DNA of 37,896 nt. It comes from Actinobacteria bacterium ADurb.Bin346. Lineage in GTDB: Bacteria; Actinomycetota; Humimicrobiia; Humimicrobiales; Humimicrobiaceae. Of this stretch, positions 15,676-27,618 are shown one piece after another. Position numbers and translations under genes: made by a program. Location: contig MWAX01000158.1 in the NCBI GenBank assembly GCA_002068775.1, positions 1-37,896 on the forward strand, written 5' to 3'. Position 1 is the stretch's first letter. Every line of letters begins with the position of its first letter. The notes under the pieces were generated by a model. The model was not told the origin of the DNA. It was given only the letters and a program-made list of their open reading frames with translations, and made no database searches.

Positions 15676-16932
15676 TTACCTGCTTTTCCTGCTTACCTGC
15701 TTTTTCAGCTCTTCGACCGCTCTGTTCAATTGTAAATCATCCGTGTCTTCAGGGCTTGCAACTACTTTTATATCGGGCTCTATTCCTGTGCCGTCTATTG
15801 TCGCACCCGAAGGCAGGTAGTACTTTGCAGTTGTAAACTTTATGCCTGAACCGTCCGGAAGCTCGTTTAATACCTGTACGGTGCCCTTACCAAAGCTTTT
15901 TTCTCCAATAAGAATCGCTCTTCCGAGGTCCCTGAACGCACCGGCTGCAAGCTCTGCCGCGCTTGCAGAATAGCTGTTTATAAGCACTGCCATGGGTAAA
16001 GAAGTATATATGCCGCTTTTAGCCTTAAATTCCTCAAAGCTGTCTTTATTATTTGATCTGCCCCTCACAGTGACAATAGTGCCGCCATCAAGAAAAATAT
16101 CACAAAGTCCCACTGCGTCGTCCAGTGTGCCACCAAGATTATTCCTCAGGTCAAGTATTATGCCGCTGGTATCGTCATTTATGACATCTTTTAATTTTTC
16201 CTCAAGCTTTGCTGAACCGTTATTCTGAAAATCTATATACTGTATATAAAGGATATTGTCTTTAAGAGTTTTAACAAAAAAATTAGGCACATAAAACCGC
16301 TGCCTTTTTATGGTGTAATCAATATTTTTATTTTCTGAAGGCCTGAAAACCGTTATTATGACCTCTGTGCCCTCCTTGCCTTTTATCATTGCGACAACCT
16401 GGTCAAGAGCTATATCCTTTGTGGATGTCCCGTTAACGGCAGTAATAATATCCTTTTCCTTAAGACCTTTTTCAGATGCAGGAGTGTTTTCTATTACATT
16501 CACAATAACTACCTGTCCGTTTTCATCTGCAGTGACAACAACGCCTATGCCGCTCATCGTCCCGCTGTATGAATCCATTATTTTCGAATAGTCCTCAGGT
16601 GAAAAATAATCAGCATATTTATCATCTAGACTTCCAAGCATGCCTTCTATTGCTGCAGATACGAGTTCCTGCAGAGTTTTTTTATTTATTGCACTTGCAA
16701 GCACATGATCTATTGTTTCAGAAATGGATCTGATTGCTGTATTTCTGCTTTCCCGGGCGGCTGCGTCTGCCTGATTTGTATTATTGCTGCTGCTTGAAAG
16801 GGTGTTTTTTCCAGTTAATTCTGAAAAAATACTTCCTGCGCGCGTAAAATTAAAGCCCAGGATAAAACCACCGGCAAAAATAATCACTGCCATTAAAACT
16901 GCTGCTGCAGTTATTGCAATTTTTTTTATCAT
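15676..16932 (-). CDS. S41-family C-terminal processing peptidase with PDZ domain
   Basis: N-terminal TM segment, a PDZ region (SPASEKGLKEKDIITAVNG), the catalytic region LINSYSASAAELAAGA and a GKGTVQ motif. Confidence 0.9.
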   Translation of the reverse strand: MIKKIAITAAAVLMAVIIFAGGFILGFNFTRAGSIFSELTGKNTLSSSSNNTNQADAAARESRNTAIRSISETIDHVLASAINKKTLQELVSAAIEGMLGSLDDKYADYFSPEDYSKIMDSYSGTMSGIGVVVTADENGQVVIVNVIENTPASEKGLKEKDIITAVNGTSTKDIALDQVVAMIKGKEGTEVIITVFRPSENKNIDYTIKRQRFYVPNFFVKTLKDNILYIQYIDFQNNGSAKLEEKLKDVINDDTSGIILDLRNNLGGTLDDAVGLCDIFLDGGTIVTVRGRSNNKDSFEEFKAKSGIYTSLPMAVLINSYSASAAELAAGAFRDLGRAILIGEKSFGKGTVQVLNELPDGSGIKFTTAKYYLPSGATIDGTGIEPDIKVVASPEDTDDLQLNRAVEELKKQVSRKSR

Positions 16933-17026
16933 TATTTATTCATCCCTGCAAAACATTTTATTCCGGCAATTAAAAACCGGAAATAAAATTCCTGTAAATT
17001 CTATTACTTTAATTGAAAAAAATCTA

Positions 17027-18244
17027 TTATTGAAGGAATCCGAGAGGATTTTGCGCAACTCCATTTATCCTGACTTCAAAATGAAGGTGAGGTCCTGTTG
17101 CCCATCCGGTTGCTCCAACAAGCCCGACAACCTGTCCTCTTTCAACTCTTTGACCCACAGAAACCAGTATTCTTGAAAGATGTGCATACCAGGTTGCAAA
17201 TCCGCCACCATGGTAGATCACTACAGAATAACCATACCCCCCATCATACCCTGCCTGTATGACATCCCCGCCATCGGCAGCCTTGACAAGGGTGCCGCTT
17301 GGAGCCACCAGGTCTACCCCTGAATGGAACCTGCGATATCCAAAAATCGGATGGACCCTGTATCCAAAGCCGGACTTTAAATAACCTGCAACCGGCCAGA
17401 GAAATTTTTCACCCGGCGCATTACCATATTTATAGCTCTCAAGTATTCTTGTGATTTCTGCTTCTTTTATCTCAAACTCTTTTTCCAGTGCAAGGAGTGC
17501 ATTTTTATTGGCTCTTGTCCTGGCAAGAATACTTGATTTTTCATCATAAATATTTTCGATTTCACGCTGCTTCTTTTCAGCATCCGAAACAAGTTTTTCT
17601 ATTTCAGCCTTTTTTTGTTTCTGCATGTCTCTGAGGTCAAGGATTATCTTCTTGATATTGAGGTTTGCAGCACGCTTGTCTTTTATTTCCTTAAGGATCT
17701 CTGCGTCCTGTGAGGCAAGCAGGTTCATCAGCTTTATCCTTGATACAAATTCTATAAAGTCATCTGCTTTTAGCAATATTTCGAGAATATTTGTAGAGCC
17801 ATTTTTATATATTGAAGCAACCCGGGTATTTAAAACAGCAAATTTCTGATCCAGTTCCCCTTCTATCTTTTTTAGTTCCTGCTCCTGAAGGACCATTTTA
17901 ATTGTTGACTGATCGATTGCACTTTTGGCTTTTGACATCCTGTCATTTAAGTCATCAAGCTGTGAAAGCGAGGCAAGAAGCTCAGTCTCAACAGCCTTGA
18001 CTTCCTTCAGCTCTGACGCTTCCTGTTTTTTAGCTTCCTCAATTTTTTGTTTTGTCTCCTGTCGCTCCTTTTTGACATTCTCGAGCTCTTCCTCCAGCGA
18101 CTGCCCATACAGATGCTTCTCCAGGCCGATAAGATTAGAGCCTGTAAAAACAGCAGGAATAAGAAGGATTATAAAGAAAAAAATAATCGTTTTTTTCAGA
18201 TCGCAGCAGAAAAGTTTTTTAAAAAAGTTTTTAAAAAGACACAT
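17027..18244 (-). CDS. M23-family metallopeptidase with N-terminal coiled coil (EnvC-like partner of FtsEX)
   Basis: Long coiled-coil region followed by an M23 domain with intact HSGVDL and GPHLHFEV motifs. Directly downstream of ftsEX. Confidence 0.88.
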   Translation of the reverse strand: MCLFKNFFKKLFCCDLKKTIIFFFIILLIPAVFTGSNLIGLEKHLYGQSLEEELENVKKERQETKQKIEEAKKQEASELKEVKAVETELLASLSQLDDLNDRMSKAKSAIDQSTIKMVLQEQELKKIEGELDQKFAVLNTRVASIYKNGSTNILEILLKADDFIEFVSRIKLMNLLASQDAEILKEIKDKRAANLNIKKIILDLRDMQKQKKAEIEKLVSDAEKKQREIENIYDEKSSILARTRANKNALLALEKEFEIKEAEITRILESYKYGNAPGEKFLWPVAGYLKSGFGYRVHPIFGYRRFHSGVDLVAPSGTLVKAADGGDVIQAGYDGGYGYSVVIYHGGGFATWYAHLSRILVSVGQRVERGQVVGLVGATGWATGPHLHFEVRINGVAQNPLGFLQ

Positions 18245-18340
18245 ATATTTAGAACCCGGATAAATTTTTTAATTATAATCTGTAACCAGAGAACCAGAGC
18301 CTGCAGATTTTCATTCAGGAGAAGAATCCGGCTTACCTGG

Positions 18341-19252
18341 TTAAACTCGAATATACCTTTTTAAGGCAAAGCTGCTGCTGAGCAGACCTACCAGCCCCCC
18401 AAGGACCACCAGGCCTGCATAAATATATAAAATTACATTGTTTACACCTAATATTGCCAGCTCTTTTACATGCATTGTATCAACTATCGCTTTTTCTCCC
18501 CTTATTAAAAGATAATTGGACATAAAGTACAGCAGCACAACAGAAATAAGGCTTCCGGCAAAACCTTCAAAAAATCCTTCAAATAAAAAAGGTATTCTGA
18601 CAAACCAGTTTGTAGCGCCAACAAGTTTCATGACCTCTATCTCTTTTCTCCTGGCATGTATGGAGAGTCTGATTGTGTTGAATACAAGCACAATGGCTGC
18701 AAGCAGCAGCATTATTATTATCAGGAAAGCAATGGAGCCGGCAATGGCAGTTATTGAAAATAATTTTTGCACATAATTCTGACCGTATATGACTTCATCA
18801 ACACCTTCAATATAATTGCCGTCCTTGTCCACAAAACGCAGTGCTATTTGTTCAACTTTTTCCGGGCTCGTTAACTTGATCTCAAAAGATGCAGGAAGAG
18901 GATTGCCCTGTATTTCTTTCAGTATTTCACTTCCTTCATTATCTTTCTTGAATTTTTCAAGAGCCTGGTCCTTGGAAACAAAAGTTACCTCGTCAACCTC
19001 ATCCCAATTTTTTATTTCATTCTCAAGGTAGACTTTCAGTTCATCTGTAATATTATCTTTCAGGTATACAGCGACTTCGACCTGGCTTTTTATTGAAGTG
19101 AGCACACCCTGTACGTCATAAACAATGATAAGGAAGAATCCTACAATGAAAAGTGTTATTGCTACAGTTGAGATAGCAGTAAAAAACATCAGGAAATTAC
19201 GTCTCATCCCGATAAATGTTTCTCCAAAAAAATATCTTGGCCTGAAAATCAA
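18341..19252 (-). CDS. ftsX: cell division ABC transporter permease-like protein FtsX
   Basis: 303 aa with four TM segments and a large first extracytoplasmic loop. ATGA-type overlap with ftsE. Confidence 0.9.
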   Translation of the reverse strand: MIFRPRYFFGETFIGMRRNFLMFFTAISTVAITLFIVGFFLIIVYDVQGVLTSIKSQVEVAVYLKDNITDELKVYLENEIKNWDEVDEVTFVSKDQALEKFKKDNEGSEILKEIQGNPLPASFEIKLTSPEKVEQIALRFVDKDGNYIEGVDEVIYGQNYVQKLFSITAIAGSIAFLIIIMLLLAAIVLVFNTIRLSIHARRKEIEVMKLVGATNWFVRIPFLFEGFFEGFAGSLISVVLLYFMSNYLLIRGEKAIVDTMHVKELAILGVNNVILYIYAGLVVLGGLVGLLSSSFALKRYIRV

Positions 19253-19935
19253 ATACCGTACACCCCTCTCTTCTGATCCCTGATTATTTCACCTTCCTCA
19301 AGCTCTATGACTCTTCTGCGCATGGAATTTACAATATTTTTATCATGCGTCGCCATTGCAACAGTTGTACCGATAAGGTTTATCCTTGAAAGGAGCTTCA
19401 TTATTCCCTCGGAAGTAACGGGGTCCAGGTTGCCTGTCGGTTCATCTGCCAGAAGGATGGGCGGCCTGTTTACAAATGCTCTTGCAATCGAAACCCTTTG
19501 CTGCTCCCCTGCAGAAAGCTGGTGAGGATATGATTGCAGCTTGTGCTCAAGACCAACAAGCTTTAAGACCTGCGGTACCTGCAGCTTTATTACATAAGAG
19601 GGTTTTCCAATTACTTCAAGTGCGAATGCGACATTTTCAAAAACAGTTTTATTGGGCAAAAGCTTGAAATCCTGAAAAACTGAGCCTATGTTCCTTCGAA
19701 GTTGCGGAATTCGGGACTGCTTTAAATTACAGATATTTCTGCCTGCTACAAATATTGCTCCCGCTGAAACTGCTATCTCCCGTATAAGCAGTTTTATCAT
19801 TGTTGATTTGCCTGAACCACTGGGGCCTACCAGGAAAACAAACTCGCCTTTTTTAATCGTAAGGCTTATATTCTTAAGGGCTGCAGTTTTATCTTCATAT
19901 ATCTTTGTTACGTTTCTGTATTCAATCATGTTCAT
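19249..19935 (-). CDS. ftsE: cell division ATP-binding protein FtsE
   Basis: 228 aa with [23 protein letters not shown] and [12 protein letters not shown]. Confidence 0.93.
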   Translation of the reverse strand: MNMIEYRNVTKIYEDKTAALKNISLTIKKGEFVFLVGPSGSGKSTMIKLLIREIAVSAGAIFVAGRNICNLKQSRIPQLRRNIGSVFQDFKLLPNKTVFENVAFALEVIGKPSYVIKLQVPQVLKLVGLEHKLQSYPHQLSAGEQQRVSIARAFVNRPPILLADEPTGNLDPVTSEGIMKLLSRINLIGTTVAMATHDKNIVNSMRRRVIELEEGEIIRDQKRGVYGI

Positions 19936-19949
19936 TTTAATTTATGAGT

Positions 19950-21057
19950 TTAACCTTTGAGTAAATTTTTTTCAAGGTAACCTTTTATAAAAATATCTAT
20001 ATCGCCATCAAGCACCGACTGGACATCCCCGACCTCTATATCCGTTCGATGGTCTTTTATAAGCTGATACGGTTGCAGGACATAGCTTCTTATCTGACTC
20101 CCCCAGCCTATATCTTTTTTTTCTCCCCTTACTTTTACAAGCTCTTCTTCTTTTTTCTTGAGTTCAAGCTCGTAAAGCCGGGATTTTAATATCTGCATCG
20201 CTGTCTGCCTGTTGAGAATCTGCGAGCGCTCATCCTGGCATGAAACTATAATATTGGTGGGTATATGGGTTATTCTAACAGCAGAGTCAGTAACATTGAC
20301 ATGCTGTCCCCCGGCACTTGACGACCTGAATGTATCTATCCTCAGGTCTTCTTTATTTATTTCTATATCTATCTCTTCTTCGAAAAGAGGTATGACATCG
20401 ACAGATGCAAAAGAAGTGTGCCTGCGCTTTGCGGAATCAAAAGGCGATATCCTTACCAGCCTGTGTATCCCTTTCTCACTTTTTAAAAGACCGTAAGCAT
20501 GCCTGCCCCTGACAGTAAAAGTGACACTCTTAATACCGGCCTCCTCGCCAGGCAGATAGTCAATTACCCTGTACTTGAAGTGTTTTTCATCCAGCCATTT
20601 CCTGTACATACGGAGAAGCATTTCAGCCCAATCATGAGACTCTGTTCCGCCAGCGCCCGGATGGATGGTTACAATAGCAGGATACGAATCATATTTTTCA
20701 GACAGTATTACATCTTCTTCAAAAGAATCGAGCTCTGAAATTATCTGTTTTAAGCTCGAATGCAGTTCTTTTTCAATAGACTCATCTTCATCATTTTCCA
20801 GAAGCTCTATTGCAGCCTTTACATTTTCAATACCTGATTGCAGAGCGTTAAACCTCTGTATATCCTGCCTGATTTCATCCATCCGCTTAGTTACTTTGGA
20901 GGCCTGACCTTTTTCATTCCAGAACCCTTCTGTTAAGACCTGTTTTTCAAGTTTGGCTAATTCCGCATTTTTATTGTCCTGGTCAAAGACAACCTCTTAA
21001 AAAATCAAATTTCTCAATAATTTTTTCAAGATTTTCTTTATATTCATCTAATATCAT
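19950..21057 (-). CDS. prfB: peptide chain release factor 2, expressed through a programmed +1 frameshift
   Basis: ATG 21057 (SD AGGAGG) opens a 24-codon frame, MILDEYKENLEKIIEKFDFLRGCL, that ends in CTT TGA C. The +1 frame continues DQDNKNAELAKLEKQVLTEGFWNEKGQASKVTKR and joins the tracked ORF (MDEIRQ...). The SPF and GGQ motifs are present. Confidence 0.93.
20982..20997 (-). other. RF2 autoregulatory +1 frameshift site
   Basis: In minus sense, AGA GGT TGT CTT TGA C. An internal SD-like AGAGGT lies 3 nt before the CTT slippery codon and the in-frame TGA (20985-20983), the same layout as the classical AGGGGG-UAU-CUU-UGA-C site. Confidence 0.9.
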
Positions 21058-21130
21058 CAGGACCTCCTGGCTTATTTATTTACTGTTATAAGTATTGCTG
21101 TTTTTCAGCTGTTTAATCAAATTATTACTT

Positions 21131-23695
21131 CTATTTTCCGCAGCATTTTTTATATTTTTTACCGCTTCCGCAGGGACATGGGTCATTCCTGCCTATTTTT
21201 TCCACTTTTACCGGTTCCGGCTTTGAAGCTTTTGAGGGGTCGCTTTCCGCGCTTGATATCACGTCTGAAGGACCTCTGGTCTTAACATCCTTAACTGCCA
21301 TTTCTTTCTCCCGGTCGCTTTCCGGCCCTTTTACCACGACCTTTGCATTAAACAATAATTTAACTATATCAAGTCTTATTTCATCTACCAGGCTCTTAAA
21401 AAGATTATATGCCTCATGCTTGTATTCAACAACAGGATCCCTTTGTCCATAAGCGCGCAGTCCTATGCCTTCTTTTAGATAATCCATCTCAAGAAGATGT
21501 TCCCTCCATCTGTTGTCATATACATTCAGCATGACCAGTTTTTCAAGTTTCCTGAGTATTTCAGCGGATAGTTCATGTTCCCTGTTTTCATAAGCCAGAA
21601 GAGCTTGTTCCTGAAGCATGTCTTTTAGGTCCTGACACCTGAGCCTTTCTGACTGCAGTTTCTCTTTTACTTCATTTGCATTGAGCAGGTTTTTTGCAAA
21701 AACGCTTTCCAGAAACTTGCCCAGCTCTCCAAGGTCCCAGTCTGCAGAATAATCAGTTGGGCTCACAAACAAATCCACAATGCCGCTGACAGTGCTTTTT
21801 ATTGCATCTACAGCATCTTCTTTAAGGTCATTCTGCTCCAGTATGAAGGCCCGCTTCTTGTAGATGACTTCCCTTTGTTTATTCATAACATCATCATATT
21901 CAAGAACATGCTTCCTCACTTCAAAATTGCGTGATTCCACCTGTCTTTGCGCATTCTCTATTGATTTATTTATTATGGGGTGCTGTATGGGAATATCTTC
22001 AGGAAAATTAAATCTATCCATTACCCAGCCAATCCTGTCTGAACCAAAAAGTCTTAAAAGGTCATCTCCAAGACTGAGATAAAACTGGCTTGAACCCGGA
22101 TCGCCCTGCCTGCCGCTTCTGCCGCGGAGCTGATTGTCTATCCTTCTTGATTCATGCCTTTCAGTGCCAAGAACATGCAGACCGCCAAGATCCACCACAC
22201 CTTCACCCAGGACAATGTCTGTTCCTCTTCCTGCCATATTTGTAGCAATCGTGACTGCATTTTTCTGGCCGGCAAGCGCAATTATTTCTGCTTCTTTTTC
22301 ATGGTATTTTGCATTAAGAACCTGGTGCGGAATACCACGCCTCTTGAGCATTGCGCTTAATCTCTCAGATTTTTCTATTGAAATAGTGCCCACAAGCACT
22401 GGCTGGCCATTTTCATATCTTCCTGCAATGTCTTCGACCACGGCATCAAATTTTGCTTCTTCGGACTTATATATAAGGTCCGGCATATCTGTCCTTATCA
22501 TAACCTTATTTGTGGGGATGACAACTGTCTCAAGCTTGTATATGTGCCTGAATTCTTCTGCCTCAGTGAGGGCGGTACCCGTCATCCCTGAAAGCTTTGA
22601 ATATAGCCTGAAGTAATTCTGGATGGTTATTGTTGCAAGCGTCTGGTTCTCTTCCTTTATCTTAACATGCTCTTTTGCTTCTATTGCCTGGTGGAGCCCC
22701 TCGCTGTATCTCCTTCCAAACATCAACCTGCCGGTAAATTCGTCGACTATGAGGACTTCACCGTCTTTAATCATATAATCTACATCTTTTTTGAAAAGAT
22801 TATATGCTTTAAGCGACTGATTAAGGCAGTGTATGTAAAGATAATTTCTGGGGTCGTAAAGATTTTCAACACCTATCATTTTTTCAACCCTGGCAACGCC
22901 TTCTTCAGTCACAGCAGCAGTTTTTGCTTTTTCATCAATTTCATAATCCACATCTTTTTCAAGTCGTGGCACAATCGATGAAAATTTTTTATAAAGCTCA
23001 GTTGTTTCATATGCTATTCCGGAAATAATAAGGGGAGTCCTTGCTTCATCTATAAGGATGCTGTCGACTTCGTCAACGATTGCAAAGTGATGGCCGGTCT
23101 GGACCCTGTCCTGCTGTCTTATAACCATATTGTCCCGCAGGTAGTCAAAACCAAATTCATTATTAGTGCCGTAAACAACATCACAATTATAAGCTATTAT
23201 TTTTTCAGCCGTATTCATGCCGTGCTGCAGCAATCCCACTTTGACCCCGAGAAGATTATACACCGGGCCCATCCACTGACTGTCCCTTTTTGCAAGATAA
23301 TCATTTACTGTAACGACATGAGACGGTTTTTGAGAAAATGAATTAAGGTAAATTGGCAGTGTTGCTACAAGTGTCTTGCCTTCGCCTGTTTTCATTTCAG
23401 CGATCTTGCCTTCATGCAATACGACGCCACCCATTATCTGCACATCAAAGTGCCTCATATTAATAGTCCTTTTTGCAGCTTCCCTGCAGACAGCAAATGC
23501 TTCCGGAAGCATGCTTTCTAGGCTCTCCCCATTGTCAAATCTTTGCCTTAATTCAAAAGTCTTTGAGGCAAGCTCAGAATTTGTCAGGGGGGAGATCTTT
23601 GTTTCGAGATTATTTACTTCCCTGACAATATCTTCATATTTTTTCTGCTGTTTTCCAGCACCGATTTTTAAAACACTTCCAAGTATATTTGCCAT
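21131..23695 (-). CDS. secA: preprotein translocase ATPase SecA
   Basis: 854 aa with [10 protein letters not shown] (Walker A), [29 protein letters not shown] and a C-terminal zinc-binding tail [14 protein letters not shown]. Confidence 0.98.
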   Translation of the reverse strand: MANILGSVLKIGAGKQQKKYEDIVREVNNLETKISPLTNSELASKTFELRQRFDNGESLESMLPEAFAVCREAAKRTINMRHFDVQIMGGVVLHEGKIAEMKTGEGKTLVATLPIYLNSFSQKPSHVVTVNDYLAKRDSQWMGPVYNLLGVKVGLLQHGMNTAEKIIAYNCDVVYGTNNEFGFDYLRDNMVIRQQDRVQTGHHFAIVDEVDSILIDEARTPLIISGIAYETTELYKKFSSIVPRLEKDVDYEIDEKAKTAAVTEEGVARVEKMIGVENLYDPRNYLYIHCLNQSLKAYNLFKKDVDYMIKDGEVLIVDEFTGRLMFGRRYSEGLHQAIEAKEHVKIKEENQTLATITIQNYFRLYSKLSGMTGTALTEAEEFRHIYKLETVVIPTNKVMIRTDMPDLIYKSEEAKFDAVVEDIAGRYENGQPVLVGTISIEKSERLSAMLKRRGIPHQVLNAKYHEKEAEIIALAGQKNAVTIATNMAGRGTDIVLGEGVVDLGGLHVLGTERHESRRIDNQLRGRSGRQGDPGSSQFYLSLGDDLLRLFGSDRIGWVMDRFNFPEDIPIQHPIINKSIENAQRQVESRNFEVRKHVLEYDDVMNKQREVIYKKRAFILEQNDLKEDAVDAIKSTVSGIVDLFVSPTDYSADWDLGELGKFLESVFAKNLLNANEVKEKLQSERLRCQDLKDMLQEQALLAYENREHELSAEILRKLEKLVMLNVYDNRWREHLLEMDYLKEGIGLRAYGQRDPVVEYKHEAYNLFKSLVDEIRLDIVKLLFNAKVVVKGPESDREKEMAVKDVKTRGPSDVISSAESDPSKASKPEPVKVEKIGRNDPCPCGSGKKYKKCCGK

Positions 23696-23712
23696 ATAAA
23701 TAACACCTCTGA

Positions 23713-24255
23713 TTAGAAACTCGGCTCAATCAGACCGTAATTTTTATCCTTTCTTTTATAAATTACTGCAGTGTTGCCGGTTTCAGAATTTATGAAAACA
23801 AAAAAATCGTGGCCCAACAGTTCCATTTGCATAACTGCTTCTTCCGGCGTTGTTGGTTTTATAGTGAAAGTTTTTACTTTCACTATCTGATTCTTTATCC
23901 CTGTTTCTATTTCCTGCAAACTTGCAGCTTTAGCAACATTATCTTTCCTTCCCCTCTGGATGAGCTTCGCCCTGTATTTTTTTATCTGTCCTTCCAGCTT
24001 GTTTGCAACTTTGTCAATAGCTTCAAACATATCTGAGCCAGAATCTTTTGACCTGATGATCTCTCCGGGTGTAAACACTGTTACTTCAACAATGCTGTTT
24101 TTTGCAATTTTCGGATTCTTCTCTCTTGACAGTTCGACTTCCACCTTGATTACTTTGTCAAAATACTTAGTGACCCTGTCCCTTATTTTCTTTTCTGCCC
24201 TTTTTTTCAGTTCTTCATTCAGCTCTATGTTCCTGCTTTTGACAACAAAATCCAT
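23713..24255 (-). CDS. hpf: ribosome hibernation-promoting factor, long form
   Basis: 180 aa with an N-terminal S30AE/YfiA-like domain and the C-terminal dimerisation domain ([31 protein letters not shown]). Immediately upstream of secA, as in Bacillota. Confidence 0.9.
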   Translation of the reverse strand: MDFVVKSRNIELNEELKKRAEKKIRDRVTKYFDKVIKVEVELSREKNPKIAKNSIVEVTVFTPGEIIRSKDSGSDMFEAIDKVANKLEGQIKKYRAKLIQRGRKDNVAKAASLQEIETGIKNQIVKVKTFTIKPTTPEEAVMQMELLGHDFFVFINSETGNTAVIYKRKDKNYGLIEPSF

Positions 24256-24362
24256 GTCTGCCTCCTTTTATCAATTTTTACTGTTTGGTATGCTTACTTT
24301 TCTGTTCATCAAATAAAATATATATAAAAAACATGTCAGTCGCTTTTTAAAAACCGAATAAT

Positions 24363-24575
24363 CTACAAGAGCTTTATATTTATTGCCTGAAAACCCCGCT
24401 CGCCCTTAATAACCTCAAATTCCACTTTCTGGTTTTTGGATAGTGTCTTAAACCCGGCGCTTATAATGTCCTTATAGTGGACAAATAATTCATTGCCGTC
24501 ATCTGATGTAATAAACCCAAACCCCTTTTCAGGGCTGAACCATTTCACTTTGCCATTTATTTTTTCAGTTTTCAC
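24363..24575 (-). CDS. cold-shock protein (CspA family)
   Basis: 70 aa with RNP1 KGFGFI and RNP2 LFVHY. GTG start with SD GAGGGTGA. Confidence 0.93.
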   Translation of the reverse strand: MKTEKINGKVKWFSPEKGFGFITSDDGNELFVHYKDIISAGFKTLSKNQKVEFEVIKGERGFQAINIKLL

Positions 24576-24586
24576 AACATCACCCT

Positions 24587-25396
24587 CTATGCTCCTCTTG
24601 CAAGCGTCAGCAGATAAATTCTTTGCGCTCCCGCATTTTTAAGTGTACTGCTAATCTGGTTCAAAGTCGAACCTGTAGTGAATACATCGTCAATAACAAG
24701 CACGTTTTTATCCACAACTTTAAGGCAGTCCTTCACCTTGAAGGCGCCTGCCTGATTCATCATCCTTTGCTCCCTGTCCAGCAATTGCTGCCGCTGTGTC
24801 TTTTTTATTTTCAATATATTGTCAGCAAATGGGATCCTGATTTTTTCAGCAAAAACCTGAGCAAGCTGCTGCATGTGATTCAGAGCAGCATTTCCGGTGC
24901 TCTGCATCTCTGCCATTAAATGATCCGGCACAGTATCTATATGGTCAATTTTTTCAATGCCATAATAAAATTTATATGCCCTCTCTAAAAAACCTGCGAG
25001 TACTTCCTTAAGATAATAGTACTTTTTATATTTATAAACACTTATAAGCTCTGCCAGTTTTCCTTTATATAATGAAAAACTCCTTGCCATGTAAAAATTA
25101 TATCCTTCATTTTTACATAAGCTACAAATATTATCCGATGTGATATTTTTGTCAAATTTTTCTTTAAAACCGCTGGCGTCCATTAAGTTTTCTGATGGAC
25201 CATAGCCAAATGGTTTCCCGCATCTGGAGCAGATATCGCTTCCAAAAAAATTTATTTCTGAATTGCAGATATCGCATAATGGTGATTCGCTCAAACGCCC
25301 GCACAGCACACAGACTGGAGGTAATATGATATCTTTTAAAAATCCGGAAATATTAAAATTGAAAAAAGTATGCATAAAAAATAAGCTGCCTGTCAT
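24587..25396 (-). CDS. comF: ComF-family protein (phosphoribosyltransferase domain, ComFC-like)
   Basis: N-terminal Cys clusters (CVLCGR...CDIC...CSRCG) and a C-terminal PRTase motif [14 protein letters not shown]. Confidence 0.85.
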   Translation of the reverse strand: MTGSLFFMHTFFNFNISGFLKDIILPPVCVLCGRLSESPLCDICNSEINFFGSDICSRCGKPFGYGPSENLMDASGFKEKFDKNITSDNICSLCKNEGYNFYMARSFSLYKGKLAELISVYKYKKYYYLKEVLAGFLERAYKFYYGIEKIDHIDTVPDHLMAEMQSTGNAALNHMQQLAQVFAEKIRIPFADNILKIKKTQRQQLLDREQRMMNQAGAFKVKDCLKVVDKNVLVIDDVFTTGSTLNQISSTLKNAGAQRIYLLTLARGA

Positions 25397-26499
25397 TTTA
25401 TTACTTCATTTGACATTATCTTTACGCTCGGATGTATTATTATGCCGTCACCTATGACGCTCTTTGAGCCTATTACAGCTTTTTCCAGGACAGAAGCTTT
25501 GTCTTTTATTTTTGTATCATAACCTATTATTGCACCTATAAGGGACGCATCTTTTCCTATGTAGCCGCTTCCCCATTTTATACCTCTGTATAGAACTGCT
25601 CTTTCATCTACTATTGTATTATCTCCAAGTATAATGGGGCCAAATAATTTAGCGCCTTTCTTAATTGTGCAGTTATCGCCAATACACACTGGAGGGATGA
25701 TAACCACATCTTCCTGTATTCTGCAACCTTTTCCTATCCATACCCCATCCCTTATCTGGTTGCCGGGAATATTAAGCTTCACTCTTCTTTCAAGTGCATC
25801 AAAATTACCCTTCTGGTATTCTTCCAGATTACCCACATCATTCCAGTAATGTTTGTGCTTGAAACCATAATATGTAATTCCCTTTTCAAGCAGGTCAGGA
25901 AATACATTTTTACCAAAATCATAAAATGATTTCCCGGGTATATAATTAAATATCTCATTATTGAAAACATATATTCCGCTGTTTGCAAGATTTGATTTCT
26001 CCTCGCCCGCAAGCGGCTTTTCCTGGAAACCTGTTATTTTCTTATCATTATCTACAAGAACCACCCCAAATTGTGATGGTTCATCCACTTCGGTCAGGAC
26101 AAGTGTGGCAATGCCGCCTTTCTTTTTGTGAAACTGAAAAACCTCTGTCAAGTCAATATCTGTTAATGCGTCGCCGCTCACCACAAGAAAATCTTTGCCT
26201 CCAAAAAAGCCCTCCACATTTTTAACACCTCCGGCAGTCCCGAGCAATGTTTCCTCAAATGAATAAGATATGTGGAGTCCGAATCTGGAACCATCCCTGA
26301 AATGATCCCTTATTGCATCCGGGAACCAGTGAAGGTTGCAAACCACATCGGTGAAACCATGTTTTACCAGAAGCTCTATTATATGTTCCATGACAGGTTT
26401 ATTGACTATCGGAGCCATTGGTTTTGAAATCAGGTCCGTAAGGGGCCTGAGCCTTGTTCCAAGGCCGGCTGCCATTACCATTGCTTTATTCTCACTCAT
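25393..26499 (-). CDS. sugar-1-phosphate nucleotidylyltransferase with C-terminal left-handed beta-helix (COG1208 / GCD1-like)
   Basis: AAGLGTRLRPLT pyrophosphorylase loop followed by hexapeptide-repeat-like C-terminal sequence. ATGA overlap with comF. The sugar specificity cannot be called. Confidence 0.8.
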   Translation of the reverse strand: MSENKAMVMAAGLGTRLRPLTDLISKPMAPIVNKPVMEHIIELLVKHGFTDVVCNLHWFPDAIRDHFRDGSRFGLHISYSFEETLLGTAGGVKNVEGFFGGKDFLVVSGDALTDIDLTEVFQFHKKKGGIATLVLTEVDEPSQFGVVLVDNDKKITGFQEKPLAGEEKSNLANSGIYVFNNEIFNYIPGKSFYDFGKNVFPDLLEKGITYYGFKHKHYWNDVGNLEEYQKGNFDALERRVKLNIPGNQIRDGVWIGKGCRIQEDVVIIPPVCIGDNCTIKKGAKLFGPIILGDNTIVDERAVLYRGIKWGSGYIGKDASLIGAIIGYDTKIKDKASVLEKAVIGSKSVIGDGIIIHPSVKIMSNEVIK

Positions 26500-26520
26500 A
26501 ACAGCATCCCTTCTTTACGG

Positions 26521-27618
26521 TTAATTAAATAATTTCCTGATATTTTCAATGAAAGGCTTGTATATCACGCCTTTCTCAGTAATTACTGCAGTAATATTTT
26601 CACCGGGAGTAATATCAAAGGAAGGGTTTTTTACTTTCATATAGTCCGGTATTATAGTCCTGCCCATCACTTCTCTGACTTCTTTTTCATCACGATTCTC
26701 TATGGGTATATTGCTGCCGGATTTTGTCTTAAGGTCAATTGTCGAAACAGGCGCAGCCACATAGAAAGGTATATTGTACCGTCCCGCTATTATTGACACT
26801 GTAAGGGTGCCTATTTTATTTGCAGTGTCGCCATTTGCAGCTATCCTGTCAGCGCCTACCACAACTATATCCACTTCACCCTTTGACATGAAATATCCGG
26901 CCATATTATCACATATTACATAAAATGGTATTTTCTCCTCATGAAGCTCCCATGCTGTGAGCCTTGCGCCCTGTAAAAATGGTCTGGTCTCATCGACAAG
27001 AACATAATCGACCTTTCCTGCCTTATATAAGCTCCTTATAACCCCCAGTGCTGTGCCATAGCCTGCTGTTGCAAGCGCCCCTGCATTGCAGTGTGTGAGG
27101 ATCCTGAGCTTCTTTTTTGAAGCCTCAAATATTGAAAGGCTGTTTTCCCCCAGTTTGCAGTTTATTTCGACATCTTCCTTTTCAATTTTCACTGCTTCAT
27201 CAACTATTTTTGCCGTAAGGCTGCTTATGCTGCGGCTGCTTTCATTTTTATTGCTGTTTATTATTTTTTTCATCCTGTCAATTGCCCAGAAGAGGTTGAC
27301 TGCCGTTGGTCTTGCTGACGCAATAATATCCATTGCATTAATAAGATGGGATATAAATGCTTTATAATCATCGCCTCTAAATTTCAATGCAGCAAGAGCA
27401 ACTCCATACGCTGCTGTCACCCCTATTGCAGGCGCTCCCCTGACTGTCATATTTTTTATTGCTGCTGCCGCATCTTCAAAGGTTAGGCAATTTACATATT
27501 GCTGTTTGAAAGGGAGCTTTCTCTGGTCTATCAGTTTCAGCTTATTGCCCTGCCATATCATTGTTTTAACTTTATCCTTCATATCTGTTGCCATGATTTT
27601 TAAGTTCCGAGCTCCCAT
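26521..27618 (-). CDS. mtnA: S-methyl-5-thioribose-1-phosphate isomerase (eIF-2B alpha/beta/delta family)
   Basis: KLKLIDQRKLPF, VRGAPAIG, HCNAGALATAGYGTALG and DTANKIGT. The start is uncertain: the ORF-track ATG 27618 overlaps ahcY by 19 nt, and in-frame ATGs exist at 27594 and 27582. Confidence 0.88.
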   Translation of the reverse strand: MGARNLKIMATDMKDKVKTMIWQGNKLKLIDQRKLPFKQQYVNCLTFEDAAAAIKNMTVRGAPAIGVTAAYGVALAALKFRGDDYKAFISHLINAMDIIASARPTAVNLFWAIDRMKKIINSNKNESSRSISSLTAKIVDEAVKIEKEDVEINCKLGENSLSIFEASKKKLRILTHCNAGALATAGYGTALGVIRSLYKAGKVDYVLVDETRPFLQGARLTAWELHEEKIPFYVICDNMAGYFMSKGEVDIVVVGADRIAANGDTANKIGTLTVSIIAGRYNIPFYVAAPVSTIDLKTKSGSNIPIENRDEKEVREVMGRTIIPDYMKVKNPSFDITPGENITAVITEKGVIYKPFIENIRKLFN

